Positions 39,480 through 53,270 are shown, counted from the whole stretch's first letter. The stretch: 63,390 nucleotides of DNA, filler included, from Octopus bimaculoides (GCF_001194135.2; 9 parts of 8 records of this genome joined end to end with filler, not necessarily neighbours in it); one strand, 5' to 3'. Numbers and translations: made by a program. Notes: generated by a model from the letters alone, not told the origin.

Positions 39480-39853
39480 TTATTCTTTTATTCTTTTAAT
39501 TGTTTCAGTCATTTGACTGCGGCCATGCTGGAGCACCGCCTTTAGTCAAACAAATCGACTCCAGGAGTTATTCTTTGTATGGTTAGTACTTATTCTATCA
39601 GCTGCTTTTGCCAAACCGCGAGATTACGGGGACGTAAACAAACACCAACACAAACACACACACATAAATACACACACACACATATATATACGACGCGCTT
39701 CTTTCAGTTTCCGTCTACCAAATCCACTCACAAGGGTTTGTTCGCCCCGAGCTATAGTAGAAGACACTTGCCAAAGGTGCCACGCAGTGGGACCGAACCC
39801 AGAAGCATATGGTTGGGAAGCAAACGTCTTACCACATTGATACCTTTGCGCCT
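39480..39853 (-). mobile_element. Full-length family A SINE
   Basis: Reverse complement homologous to 26317-26790 and 33947-34360. Confidence 0.9.
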
Positions 39854-39872
39854 ACTTATATATAAATGTATG

Positions 39873-39903
<31 letters not shown>

Positions 39904-40749
39904 NNNNNNNNNNNNNNNNNNNNNNNNNNNNNNNNNNNNNNNNNNNNNNNNNNNNNNNNNNNNNNNNNNNNNNNNNNNNNNNNNNNNNNNNNNNNNNNNN
40001 NNNNNNNNNNNNNNNNNNNNNNNNNNNNNNNNNNNNNNNNNNNNNNNNNNNNNNNNNNNNNNNNNNNNNNNNNNNNNNNNNNNNNNNNNNNNNNNNNNNN
40101 NNNNNNNNNNNNNNNNNNNNNNNNNNNNNNNNNNNNNNNNNNNNNNNNNNNNNNNNNNNNNNNNNNNNNNNNNNNNNNNNNNNNNNNNNNNNNNNNNNNN
40201 NNNNNNNNNNNNNNNNNNNNNNNNNNNNNNNNNNNNNNNATATATATAGCTGTGAGCACTCAGTCATGCTTGAATTATCATAGCCTGCCAAGTACATTTC
40301 TGGCATAAATATAGTGAACAGTTGTCAAGCGGAAACCCAAACTGGCTGCAGTCTTCACGTGTCAAAAGATTAACATTTTGTCCTATGGCGTTTTACTGCT
40401 TGGTGAATTGACGATTGATCGTAGAAAAATAAATAAAAGCTTTATATTTCAGAATGTAGACCACCCGAAAGATGGAAAAACAACCTCCTAGAACATAAAC
40501 CTTATTTTATAGGGAAGTTATTATTTTGTATTGCATACGTAAGAATGGAAAACAAAGTTACACCACACCCTCGGGCGCGGACTCATATGTAAAAATACAT
40601 CTTATATATCTTCATTCTTCTGAAGTTACAAAGTGGCTGGAAGACCGAGAGTTTCGAGTATGTCACATATTAAGCCTCTGCCTATTATATAATGTGTCTG
40701 AACTGTTAGAATCCTACCATCAGCATATAAGTTGAAGTGAAAATGAAAT

Positions 40750-40890
40750 GTAAATCTGGGAACTTGTGAAGTGTCTTACGTCACCTGACTTTTGCGCTGT
40801 GTGTTGGATCTGGCGTTATTACATCGTTTCACACCCACTAGAGAGCAGTGTAGAATGAAGCCGAAACGATTGTTGTGCTAAAAAATGCTT
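40750..40890 (+). mobile_element. Decayed paralogue of the 41.2-kb PLE terminus and hammerhead
   Basis: Shares TTAC(G/A)TCACCTGAC and CGAAACGAT(T/C)GTTGTG with 41188-41297. The G8/A9 positions are lost. Confidence 0.6.
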
Positions 40891-40993
40891 CTAATTACAC
40901 TCCGTCTTCCGTATTAATCTTTTGATATATATATTATATATTACACTTATATATTACATATATATATTAATCTTTTAAATACACATACACACA

Positions 40994-41330
<337 letters not shown>

Positions 41331-41342
41331 CTCCATCATGTG

Positions 41343-41384
<42 letters not shown>

Positions 41385-42341
41385 TGACATATATACATTC
41401 ATGCTGTGCATAGAAGCAGCGCTGCATTAGAATGTTCATCAGTAGAACATACTTAACGTATGTACACTGTTGAAAATCGGTAGTTGCAGCAGGCGTTTGG
41501 GAAGAATTTTCTCTCTAGGTGTACTGCACAAAAAACTCAATATACTTCAGCAGTAGACGAAACGAAAAGAGACAAATGTCAATTCCGACAGGATGTTGTC
41601 TCAAGAATCCGAAGTATATAGAAATAGTGAATAAACTATGCAGCAGCCATGCAAAACGCCGCCAGGTTGAATAAAATTCAAATTATGTGACAGGAATAGC
41701 TCTAAATCAAAATATTTATCTATATGACATACATAACGTATGTATGTCGGAAGCTTCAGTGGTCGCCTGCGAAAATACCCCTTTGTAGATATATTGTGTG
41801 AAAAGAAACTATAAGAGACTGCATCTGAGTGCTGAGCCCCAGTGCAGCATTCTATAGCTTCCTGAGAAACACAATGAAGGAAAGAAGATTTATTTGAAGA
41901 CTTATTGTAAGTTGTATTCACGTTTTTACTTAATCAGTCTCCTTTCTGAAGTTCAATGCCCCACCAAAATATAAGCAAAGCCCAACAGCGGTGTCGCATG
42001 CTCCAGTTTGGGAATTGCTACTGTACATATCTGTCTAACGATCGTGTGTTGCAGAGTCGTGGCATTCTGCCACAGAGCTGCCTCTATCACGTAGAGCATG
42101 GATCTCGCTAATAACTGGCTCTACCATAGCCAGGAAGTCTGGATAGTTATTCTGTCGAGTGGATGTTGTGAGCAAGTGATGCGGTGATTAAAAATAATTT
42201 CAGAACTGAGGTCTTCCTCTTTAGACAAGCACTCATCAACCTTTTCAAGTACCACTTGAAGAGAAGGATGCGAGTGGGGAAGGTGGCACTGTTTTATGAA
42301 AGGTGACCGTGAACAATGATATTAATGAAGGTGAATAGAAC

Positions 42342-42389
<48 letters not shown>
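42342..42389 (+). repeat. (AAT)16 microsatellite
   Basis: Read directly; directly abuts the R4/Dong-like fragment. Confidence 0.95.
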
Positions 42390-42393
<4 letters not shown>

Positions 42394-42700
42394 TATATGC
42401 TAAAAACGACAAAGAGCGAGAAACACTACTACAGACAGTACACGGCTTTACCAAGGAAATAGACATGAAATTCGGATTAGAAAAATGTGCCAAAGCAACC
42501 CTGAAAAGAGGAAAATTAGTTAAAAGTAGCAATATAACACTAGATAAAGCCAATGAAATAAGAGAACTAGACGAAAGCCAACCATATAAGTATTTAGGAG
42601 TCAATGAACTAGATAGGATACAACATACACAAATGAAAGAAAAAATAAAGAAAGAGTACTATAGACGAGTTAGATCAATACTAAAAACAGAGCTCAATGC
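42390..42700 (+). mobile_element. 5'-truncated R4/Dong-like non-LTR retrotransposon RT fragment
   Basis: Stop-free KLYAKNDKE.E.LLQTVHGFTKEIDMKFGLEKCAK..KRGK..YKYLGV.E..MKEKIKKEYYRRVRSILKTELN, i.e. the region just after the YMDD motif. Continues into a gap. Confidence 0.85.
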
Positions 42701-42801
42701 NNNNNNNNNNNNNNNNNNNNNNNNNNNNNNNNNNNNNNNNNNNNTTAATTAATTAANNNNNNNNNNNNNNNNNNNNNNNNNNNNNNNNNNNNNNNNNNNN
42801 G

Positions 42802-42892
<91 letters not shown>

Positions 42893-43779
42893 AATTTATC
42901 GTTACTTATTAATGAAATTTACAATCAGAGCTAATTAAAGATCTCCAATTTCGGAACAACGCACCTTTCTTCTACAAGACAGATTTATATTAACATGTTG
43001 AATAATATTGGGCTTATGAATGAGGATGATTTATGTCGATGTACAGCAAATATATAATAGTAGTTATTACTGTAGATGTATGAACAAAAATGTTCGTTTA
43101 TATGTGCGTGTAGATATGTGCAACGTAGACTTAGACAATTATATTGTAGACATGTTATAAATGTATATCGAAATGTGTTATTATAAGAGCTTTTGCATTT
43201 GTATGTGCGTGTGTGTGTGTGTGGCGGGGGGTTCTGTGAGTGGGTGGTTGTGGGGGTGGGGGTAAGGCAGAAATGAATACATCAACAGCAAGGACAATGA
43301 TCAGGAATAGCTGAATAGCGATGTAACGCCTCAGACCGAATAAAGCAAAATTTTATTGTCTCACTACATAATTGCTTCATATGGATATATAATAACCCGA
43401 TAGAAACGACCGTTATAAGTAGCAGGAAACAACATAGGAACAATTGGTTAATATTCATCGGTTACTTGAGCGTTCGATGAACAAGATAAATATTTTGAAA
43501 TACACCCTTACAACAGTGAACAAAATCAGACTGACTACTTTTCTTTCTCATGCATGATTGTGCAAGCAATTAAGGGAGGTGAAAGAAGAAATAGTTGGCA
43601 CAAAGTTGAACTTGATTTAGTTTCGTTTGTTCCCAGGCATTATTTCTTCTTTTCTCTTATTTGTATTATTGGCTTATAGTAGTGTGTCAGAACAAATAGC
43701 TTCATTATACAACAGTTATTTTTCATTTTGTGTTATCATTAAGCATAGTTTTCGTTCGAAAACATTGGCAGTGTCTCCG

Positions 43780-43817
<38 letters not shown>

Positions 43818-44120
43818 GGATAATAAATCGCTGTGCAAACAATAGGACTGTTTAATCAATACTTGATCAGCTATCAATAAAATTAATGGAATCATCACCA
43901 GACAAGAAAGGAAAGAAATACTCATAAATACCTTTAGAGGAAATGAGTGATTACAAAATGCAGTTTTGAAGGTGCATATATACAGTAGGTTAAAATAACA
44001 CATGTATAATTTATATATAGAACTACATTATGAATGCATACAAAAATATACCAGACTTCCAGCTCAACAATACACATTCAAAACGACTTTACTCTGATTA
44101 CAAAGAAACACATATATGCG

Positions 44121-44163
<43 letters not shown>

Positions 44164-44171
44164 GTCATACC

Positions 44172-44211
44172 GGCCATGACGAAGGGAAATAGCCCTGAAA
44201 CTCGAGTCGCC
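44172..44211 (+). ncRNA. Minimal type I hammerhead motif with a 1-nt core lesion
   Basis: GGC-C(A)UGACGA-AGGG aaauag CCCU-GAAAC-UCGA-GUC-GCC; palindromic ACUCGAGU; an extra A interrupts CUGA; stem I is only 3 bp. Confidence 0.6.
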
Positions 44212-44701
44212 TTTATATATATATATTTATATTTATATATTTATATATTTGATCCTTTATATTGAACACTCAATATTTCATCTACATTCAATACTTCCTT
44301 TCATGGTGCCATCCATTTTTATGTTATTTTATTTTATATTTTATATTGTATATTGTATATCATATTATATATTGTATATTCCATATTCTATACCCCACAT
44401 TAGTTCTGCAGGAATATAAATAAAACATAAAAAACAGACAGTGTTGGAACTCTTTTAAGCAAAATAATATATATATATATATATATATATACGCATAAAT
44501 AGATGTGTGCACTTTTTCCCTTGTTAAGAATTAACACGGAACAATAGATAAATAGTTACCAGGGTAGCAAAATTCACACAAGTAAAAAGGAAGTAACTCC
44601 TTGATTATAAATATAGAAACTCTGAGTTTACGTGAAATATTTTGTATAATACATATAAATAAATAAATTGAGTTAAACGCAGGTTTTATTCAAATTCTTT
44701 T

Positions 44702-44790
44702 ACTTCCGACACATGTTTCGAAGATATCACTGGTATTATTCCAAAGGATGAAAATGGTGTAAAACATTGTAATCTTCTCTTCAGGGAAAT
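44702..44790 (-). ncRNA. Type I hammerhead ribozyme, intact core, long stem II
   Basis: Stem I AUUUCC/GGAAGU; CUGAAGA (44784-44778); stem II GAAGAU/AUCUUC around a 46-nt insert; GAAAC-AUGU-GUC with palindromic ACAUGU; predicted cleavage between 44708 and 44707. Confidence 0.75.
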
Positions 44791-45152
44791 GAAGAAATGA
44801 AACTTGTTAATAAGACATTTTAGCAGAATATGATGGATATGTGTAGTGATAAACTGAAAGCTATTAAGATTTTAAAAAAAACGTTAGTGGATATAACGTC
44901 GAAGATAGCCTATAGAAGGAAGAGGGGTAAATGAAAGAAAATAAAACACCAAATAAATTAGAAGTATATAACGATATGTAATATGTAAATTAAATAAAAC
45001 CCTAAAGTCTTGGAAAAAGATATAGTTAGTGAATGTGAAATCTAAAATGAAAATTAAAGTTTAAATTATATATAATGATAGATATCAGTTAGTTGAACTA
45101 AAGGTTTGTTTCTGCCAATGCTTTCTTTGGTATGTACGCTCTAGATCCATGT

Positions 45153-45668
45153 TTACAAGGGGACTTTTAGAAGAAAAGAATAAAAAGATAGTCCAGAATT
45201 ACAGAGAAAACAGAATTCCTTGCCTTTATCATAAGAGATCGAAATTGAGAGAATGAACCAATCCAAATTAAATTGTTTATTGTGGTCTTTTAGATAATAA
45301 ATTAATTTACTAAGCCCTGTACTGTTGCGTTTATTCCTATCTCTAAATGTAGAGTAATAATTAGAAATTCTTTTATATAAATGAGAAGATGTACTGCCTA
45401 TATTAAAACATGCATCGTTACCTAAAGTAATTTTACACTGGTATATAGAATTTTTAAATGTGGAGTTACTTGACAGAAACTTGATTCTGTTGTAATTGAC
45501 TTCAGATAGAATAACCTTGTTATTGATATTTCTAGGGGGATAGATGGTATTAGATAAATTAATGCTAGTATTAGTAAACGTATCTCTATTTAACAGGCTA
45601 ATATTATGTGAGTAGATGATAGTTTTCGTGTTACAATACCATAGTAAAAAACGTGAAAACCAAACCAT
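45153..45668 (-). pseudogene. GIY-YIG endonuclease of a Penelope-like element
   Basis: NSIYQCKI..NIGST..KRISNYYSTF..NSTGLSKLIYYLK..W.IL..Y.K..CFLC matches the PLE endonuclease pattern. Confidence 0.75.
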
Positions 45669-45805
45669 GTTTTAACTTTATTCAACTAATATGTTATTCT
45701 ATACACATTTACACAAATTCGGAATATATATATATATACATGTACACATACATATATACATAAATGCATATATACAAATACATATATATATATCTATCTA
45801 TATAT

Positions 45806-45836
<31 letters not shown>

Positions 45837-48800
45837 TATATATATATNNNNNNNNNNNNNNNNNNNNNNNNNNNNNNNNNNNNNNNNNNNNNNNNNNNNN
45901 NNNNNNNNNNNNNNNNNNNNNNNNNNNNNNNNNNNNNNNNNNNNNNNNNNNNNNNNNNNNNNNNNNNNNNNNNNNNNNNNNNNNNNNNNNNNNNNNNNNN
46001 NNNNNNNNNNNNNNNNNNNNNNNNNNNNNNNNNNNNNNNNNNNNNNNNNNNNNNNNNNNNNNNNNNNNNNNNNNNNNNNNNNNNNNNNNNNNNNNNNNNN
46101 NNNNNNNNNNNNNNNNNNNNNNNNNNNNNNNNNNNNNNNNNNNNNNNNNNNNNNNNNNNNNNNNNNNNNNNNNNNNNNNNNNNNNNNNNNNNNNNNNNNN
46201 NNNNNNNNNNNNNNATGTATGTATGTATGTATATTTTTATCTTTTTATCACGGTTCATTAACTATATTGAAAACCATTTGAAATATGTAAACTTGCTATA
46301 TATCCTATCATTTTTCCCCACCCTTTTGTAAATATTGATTTAACTAAAAAGTAAGCTATTGCATTATAACGTGGCGTACAACATTATAATATCTAGTATA
46401 ACTGTAAATTTAACGCTTCGGTAACTGACAAGAAATTGGTAAAGCAAAATAAATCTGTCAAAATGCTGATTTAATCAATATAGTTATGAAAGGATTGGTA
46501 ATTTCAACAAATATCACCACTGACACAATGAATAAATGTTTAAGCTATATAAGATCATATAGACTTATTTATTCGGTGAGGGGAAAACGATCGATTGCAA
46601 TTGTTTTTTCTAGTTTTATTTTGATAAAAAAATTATAATTACAATTATTATTTGAAAGAAAGAAAAAAAAAACAAAAAGGAGTTTGAATTTAAACACATT
46701 ATTGGATTTCGTGATACATATAGCATGAACATTATTGAAATAGAATTTCGAATAAGTTCTTAAGCAAAAGATATCTACTAGCATCTGAGCTTATAAACTT
46801 ATATGCTAAAGTTACCTAGTAATTTGTGTTTTTATTAATTTGCTTTTTTTTGTATTACTTTACAACGGAATACCGAAAACAAATATATAACAACACTACA
46901 CATAAAATATCTTAATCAGAATTGAAGAAATCTAATTTGAATGGAAGAATACAAGTAAAGGATAAGGAACTATATGTCACGCTTAGTAGAATAAAAAAGA
47001 ATAGCACAAAAACAAAGTATAATAGTGTGATTTACTTTCAGACATCAATTTCAATTTGAAAGATGTAAATTCAAAGAAATGTATGGATAAGGAATTGTCG
47101 ACAATTTCACTTACAGTAATTGAAGACTTTACCTTAAAAGAAATTACATGAAAAAAAGATTTAGATTCTTATTTTGTAATAATTTGAATAACTGCGCCAT
47201 TGTTCGTTTAAAGATTTTTTTCCGTTCATTTATTATGTTATATATTCATTGGAAAATGGTACATTAACAAGCGAGAAACCGCTCCAAATGCAATTTGTCT
47301 CTTTATAAACGCTTTCACAGTATACATATTCGCTAAAATTCTACAAAACTTCTCATTTTCATGTCAGTGGTACCAGAACATTTTCAAGATCACCTCGAGT
47401 ACGAATTCGGCTGAATTTCTTTACATTAGTAAGGACAATCTTGACAATATCTCTCTATTATCTTTAAATAGTGTAGCATGCAGATACCAACTGCAATTGT
47501 GCCAAACTATTGATTTTTTTCTTTCTCTGTAAGTATACGTCCCGGTTAAGAAAACAAGCTGTTTCCCATTTTAGGACATACTGTTCTGATCTATTTTCTA
47601 TGACTCCACCATGTTAAGGCACTTTCTCCAATATATTAATTTGAGCTTCCTTCTTAATGATCACCGTCAGATTTCTGAAAAGATAAATCTACTTAAAAGT
47701 TACTTCCCTACGTAATGTATCAGTAGGTCTTTGACTTCAACACATTTGCAGCATAAGTGTTGTTGGTCTGAATGATGACTTTTCCAAAGCCTGAATTTAC
47801 ACAGTCATAATGTCAGACAGGCGAATCATCTATGCAATCCTGTCGCTGGAAAAGGAAGTGTCAAGTCACACCGCTATTTTGGAATATACGTTGATGGTTC
47901 ACTTTCTATTTCTCTCTCACTCTGGTTAGAGTTTGAAATATAATAAGCTAAAGAAACATAATAAGTGCACGAACAAGCTTGAAACTGACATAAAATGGTC
48001 ACCAAATCCCCATCGGAGAGTCCAAAACAATTTCGCGCCTTATTGATAATATTGATCTGCACTGGTGGCGCCGATGGCGAGCCAACGAACAAGGGACAAG
48101 ACAGGACAGAAAATGAAGGAAATTAAGAAACAAACAAGAAATAAGCAAGTAGTCGATACAGAAACTAAAAATACAAATGTGGAATAATTGTAATTGAAGA
48201 CAAGACAATTGGTGGACAGATGAGGGACAAAGCCGAAAACAAACAGGAAGAAAAATGGACATACGAATGAACTGAAACGAACGGAAATATATAAACAAAA
48301 GCAGTCTGAGGACCTGACAGGAACAGACAGCAGCATAGAAACGTACAGAGGGGAGAATAGATAGGAAGAGAGAGGGAAAAGAATAGAAAGAGAGAGATTG
48401 AAAAGGAGGAGTTGACGTCGGACGAAGATATATATATACATATATATATATATGTATATATATANNNNNNNNNNNNNNNNNNNNNNNNNNNNNNNNNNNN
48501 NNNNNNNNNNNNNNNNNNNNNNNNNNNNNNNNNNNNNNNNNNNNNNNNNNNNNNNNNNNNNNNNNNNNNNNNNNNNNNNNNNNNNNNNNNNNNNNNNNNN
48601 NNNNNNNNNNNNNNNNNNNNNNNNNNNNNNNNNNNNNNNNNNNNNNNNNNNNNNNNNNNNNNNNNNNNNNNNNNNNNNNNNNNNNNNNNNNNNNNNNNNN
48701 NNNNNNNNNNNNNNNNNNNNNNNNNNNNNNNNNNNNNNNNNNNNNNNNNNNNNNNNNNNNNNNNNNNNNNNNNNNNNNNNNNNNNNNNNNNNNNNNNNNN

Positions 48801-49699
48801 NNNNNNNNNNNNNNNNNNNNNNNNNNNNNNNNNNNNNNNNNNNNNNNNNNNNNNNNNNNNNNNNNNNNNNNNNNNNNNNNNNNNNNNNNNNNNNNNNNNN
48901 NNNNNNNNNNNNNNNNNNNNNNNNNNNNNNNNNNNNNNNNNNNNNNNNNNNNNNNNNNNNNNNNNNNNNNNNNNNNNNNNNNNNNNNNNNNNNNNNNNNN
49001 NNNNNNNNNNNNNNNNNNNNNNNNNNNNNNNNNNNNNNNNNNNNNNNNNNNNNNNNNNNNNNNNNNNNNNNNNNNNNNNNNNNNNNNNNNNNNNNNNNNN
49101 NNNNNNNNNNNNNNNNNNNNNNNNNNNNNNNNNNNNNNNNNNNNNNNNNNNNNNNNNNNNNNNNNNNNNNNNNNNNNNNNNNNNNNNNNNNNNNNNNNNN
49201 NNNNNNNNNNNNNNNNNNNNNNNNNNNNNNNNNNNNNNNNNNNNNNNNNNNNNNNNNNNNNNNNNNNNNNNTGGTTAGAATGGTCTGGAAAGAATATTTC
49301 TTGCCAAGTGCGAGCCTCCTCTGTTCTGCGAGTCTTGTGAAAATGACGCTCATCACGTTGCGCTTAAAGTATTGCTGATCAGTGCCTGCAGGTAAGATAT
49401 AAGAAGATAAGAGTTTCCAAGCAACCAAAAATTTGCGGAATAATGAATGGGTATATTGCTCACGTGTGGGGAAAAAACAGGTTGAGTGGAACTAAATGAC
49501 GAGTGGTGGAGGGTTGTATGTATGTGTGTGTGTGTGTCGGGATTTCCTAAATGATATGGGGATGACACCAACTGGCACCCAGTATGTACAGAGTCGGAAA
49601 AAACAGGGTGCAGATAATCATGGATATGTGTCTATATACGGACAGATTAGTTTTCAAAGTATTTCTAAACCACATTAGAGCCTTCCGTAATAATAAGTT

Positions 49700-49910
49700 T
49701 TCTACTATGGGCACAAGGTATGAAATTTCGTGGGAGGCGCAAGTCGATTACATGGACCGCTGCACTTGTACTGCAACATATTTCACAGATTCCGAAAGGC
49801 TGAATGGTAAAGATGATCTCAGAGGAATTTAATCTCAGAACTTAAAGAAGGTCGAAATGCCGCCAAGTATTTTTCTGGTGTGCAAACAAGTCTCCCAACC
49901 AGCACCTTAG
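49700..49910 (-). mobile_element. Old, degraded family B SINE
   Basis: GGCACAAGG..AAGTCGATTACAT..CCGAAAGG.TGAA..GGAATTTAA.CTCAGAAC aligns loosely with the reverse complement of 9092-9318. Confidence 0.55.
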
Positions 49911-50072
49911 CAGCCTGTAATGATGTAATGCAAACTAATTTGGAAGTATGGCTAAATGTACACAGAATCAGTAATCGTGCTCGAGTGAAAATATTTACTT
50001 TAAAAAAGAAGGATTATTGTTTTCAAACCTGATAAGATTTTGGAGATCAAAATATTTTAATACTTTTCTCAG

Positions 50073-50279
50073 ACAAATGTGACATTTCACTAAAATTGGA
50101 AATTAATGTACAAACATATACATCAGTTAAAAAGCGCTGTAAGCTGAATTTCGTACAACATAAATATTTTCAACCTCCAGGAACTGTTGATTTGATATTT
50201 CTCCTGGATAATGTTAATCATAATGTCGCCACATTAAGGCAAGAAAAATCACTTTGTCTTAACAATATCTATATAATGA
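50073..50279 (+). CDS. Candidate host exon (symmetric phase 1, 207 nt) with a vWA beta-A-like motif
   Basis: Acceptor TACTTTTCTCAG, donor GA|GTAACG. Only one frame is open: KCDISLKLEINVQ...PGTVDLIFLLDNVNH. No MIDAS DxSxS motif. Unverified. Confidence 0.3.
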
Positions 50280-50823
50280 GTAACGTAGTTCATGAACGAA
50301 AAAAAAAAACATTCTCCAAGATTTTTAATGGTGTATGTCTGGTAACGTAATGATTTAGGCAGGATTAAATATATATAGTGCAAAGAAAAATAGTGTGATG
50401 TTTTTTATCATTGAAATTTTAGTATGTTTTCGTATATATTCTGTAAAGCAAAGCAACAACAATAATCATTGCCCAGACAAAAATTGATTCATGCAATTAT
50501 TATTCAACATAATCCTCCGAAGATTGATGGCTGTAGACAGGAAATAATCCCAGAAATCTCTTGAACAGGAGTCTCTCTATTTTTGTAATATACGCTGCTT
50601 CTATTTATAGCAGGATGACTATGCCAGTTTTGAGATGTAACATGTTTAGTGTATTCTGTGCGATTTGTCAGTATTTTTTCTTAATGTTTTAGGCAGCATA
50701 TAAAGGTTTATTTACATAAAGGACACTATACATTTTTAAGGGCTACTTATAGTTTCGTATGTTGAAAAATATTTCAAACATATACATCAGGCAAAAACCA
50801 CATATCATAACGAACTATAAAGA

Positions 50824-50868
<45 letters not shown>

Positions 50869-50894
50869 CATATATATATTTGGCNNNNNNNNNN

Positions 50895-50959
<65 letters not shown>

Positions 50960-51442
50960 AGTGAGTGAATTATATTTTTTCTGTTTCTATCTGTTATTAG
51001 TGACTGGAATTGAATAGTTTTCTAAAATACAGTTATTGATGGAAATATAAATTAAATGAACAATGTTCCTGTTATACCATTCTGAATAACATTACACGTG
51101 TCAACTTCAGACGTTCTACATTTAATTTAGCAAACTTTTTTCAGGCAATAGGATATCTTCAGAATTGTTGAAGAATTTCGTCAGATTTTTTTTTTATCGC
51201 GAATGAACGTACGTGAGGATTTTAATGTCAAGCAGGGTTGTCTATTTAGATGCAGATGATGGATTATTCAGGCTTGATAGTTAAGAAGGTCTCTTTATAG
51301 TTATGTAGCATCAGATTCCTTTCCACAACACGGTACAATAGTCGAGTACATTCACCAATAATTTCCAGGCAGATCACTGATTTCTGAAAAAATTAAACGG
51401 TGCAGAAGTACCCAGTTTATATACATACATAGAAATAAAACT

Positions 51443-51749
51443 GGCACTCAGTCGCTTACAACGACAAGGGTTCCAGTTGATCCGGTCTACAGAAGAGCTT
51501 GTTCATGACATTAACGTCCAAGTGACTGAGCACTACACAGACATGCGTACCTCTTCACATAATTCTTAGTAAGATTCAGCGTGATACGACTGGTCAATTG
51601 AAATGCAGTTACTACTCACATTTTCCAAATGAATGGACTAGAGCAACAGGAAATAAAGTGTCTTGCTCAAGAACACAATGCACCACCAAGAATCGGACTT
51701 ACGACCTTACGATCGCGAGCCGAATGCCCTAACCACTAAGCCACGCGCC
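51443..51749 (-). mobile_element. tRNA-derived CORE-like SINE sharing its tail with 15909-16281
   Basis: Head GGCGCGTGGCTTAGTGGTTAGGG; core TGTGTTCTTGAGCAAGACACTTTATTTC; tail homologous to 15927-16068. Confidence 0.85.
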
Positions 51750-51869
51750 TTCATACATACATACATAAATAAATACATACATGTATACAATCATACATAC
51801 ATATAGCCATACATACACACTCATACATATATACATACATAGACGCATAACTATATATATGTGTGTGTT

Positions 51870-51936
<67 letters not shown>

Positions 51937-52188
51937 GTCCTTATATGTAAGTATGTGTGCATATATGTATGTTTGTATAAATGTATATCTCATAGAGGAT
52001 TGAAGCGCGCCACTTGAACATTCATGATAAGAAAAAAATTGGAAAGTGGAAACAATGTTGAAGTGAGAGTGTTCTCAATTACATGTGATCAAACGTTTTC
52101 AGAGTTCAAATGTTTTCAAGTATACACACTATATAAGAGTAATTGTAGATACAAGAAGAGTTCCAGCTCTGCAAGGAGCTAACAGCCA

Positions 52189-52227
<39 letters not shown>

Positions 52228-52580
52228 TATCTCTTTTCTCTTTTATTTGTTTCAGTCATTTGACTGCCACCATGCTGGAGCACCGCCTTTAGTCGAGTAA
52301 ATCGACCCCAGGACTTATACTTTGTTAGCCTAGTACTTATTCTATCATTCTCTTTTGCCGAACCGATAATACACCACCATCGGTGGTCAAGCGATCTTGG
52401 CGGGACAAACACAAACACAAACATATACACACATGCACATATATATAGATATACATATATACGACTGGCTTCTTTCAGTTTCTGTCTACCAAATCGACTC
52501 ACAGGGCTTTGGTCGGCTTGACGCTATAGCAGAAGACACTTGCCCAAAATGTCACGCAGTAGGAATGAACCCTGAACCAT
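52228..52580 (-). mobile_element. Family A SINE lacking the extreme head
   Basis: Reverse complement homologous to the other family A copies. Confidence 0.85.
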
Positions 52581-53270
52581 ATTTATATATATATATATAT
52601 ATATATNNNNNNNNNNNNNNNNNNNNNNNNNNNNNNNNNNNNNNNNNNNNNNNNNNNNNNNNNNNNNNNNNNNNNNNNNNNNNNNNNNNNNNNNNNNNNN
52701 NNNNNNNNNNNNNNNNNNNNNNNNNNNNNNNNNNNNNNNNNNNNNNNNNNNNNNNNNNNNNNNNNNNNNNNNNNNNNNNNNNNNNNNNNNNNNNNNNNNN
52801 NNNNNNNNNNNNNNNNNNNNNNNNNNNNNNNNNNNNNNNNNNNNNNNNNNNNNNNNNNNNNNNNNNNNNNNNNNNNNNNNNNNNNNNNNNNNNNNNNNNN
52901 NNNNNNNNNNNNNNNNNNNNNNNNNNNNNNNNNNNNNNNNNNNNNNNNNNNNNNNNNNNNNNNNNNNNNNNNNNNNNNNNNNNNNNNNNNNNNNNNNNNN
53001 NNNNNNNNNNNNNNNNNNNNNNNNNNNNNNNNNNNNNNNNNNNNNNNNNNNNNNNNNNNNNNNNNNNNNNNNNNNNNNNNNNNNNNNNNNNNNNNNNNNN
53101 NNNNNNNNNNNNNNNNNNNNNNNNNNNNNNNNNNNNNNNNNNNNNNNNNNNNNNNNNNNNNNNNNNNNNNNNNNNNNNNNNNNNNNNNNNNNNNNNNNNN
53201 NNNNNNNNNNNNNNNNNNNNNNNNNNNNNNNNNNNNNNNNNNNNNNNNNNNNNNNNNTATATTTATAAAT

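Larger units (their letters stand above)
44669..45700 (-). mobile_element. Penelope-like element 3' portion (GIY-YIG endonuclease plus pLTR)
   Basis: Decayed GIY-YIG ORF followed by an AT-rich UTR, a hammerhead and AATAAA. The pLTR is homologous to 53271-53415. Confidence 0.8.

Noticed and set aside
41370-41450. Minus-strand CUGAUGA followed by an ACAUUC/GAAUGU stem
   Set aside because: No GAAA and no stem I, so not a hammerhead.
43225-43262. G-run clusters (also about 3800-3840) and (CG)n/(CA)n tracts (about 3106, 5990) as G4 or Z-DNA
   Set aside because: Expected by-products of microsatellite-rich DNA; no evidence of function.
47480-47640. Minus-strand ALTWW...LFS*PGRILTEK, reminiscent of a hAT dimerisation domain
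   Set aside because: Too short and gapped to support; needs an HMM search.
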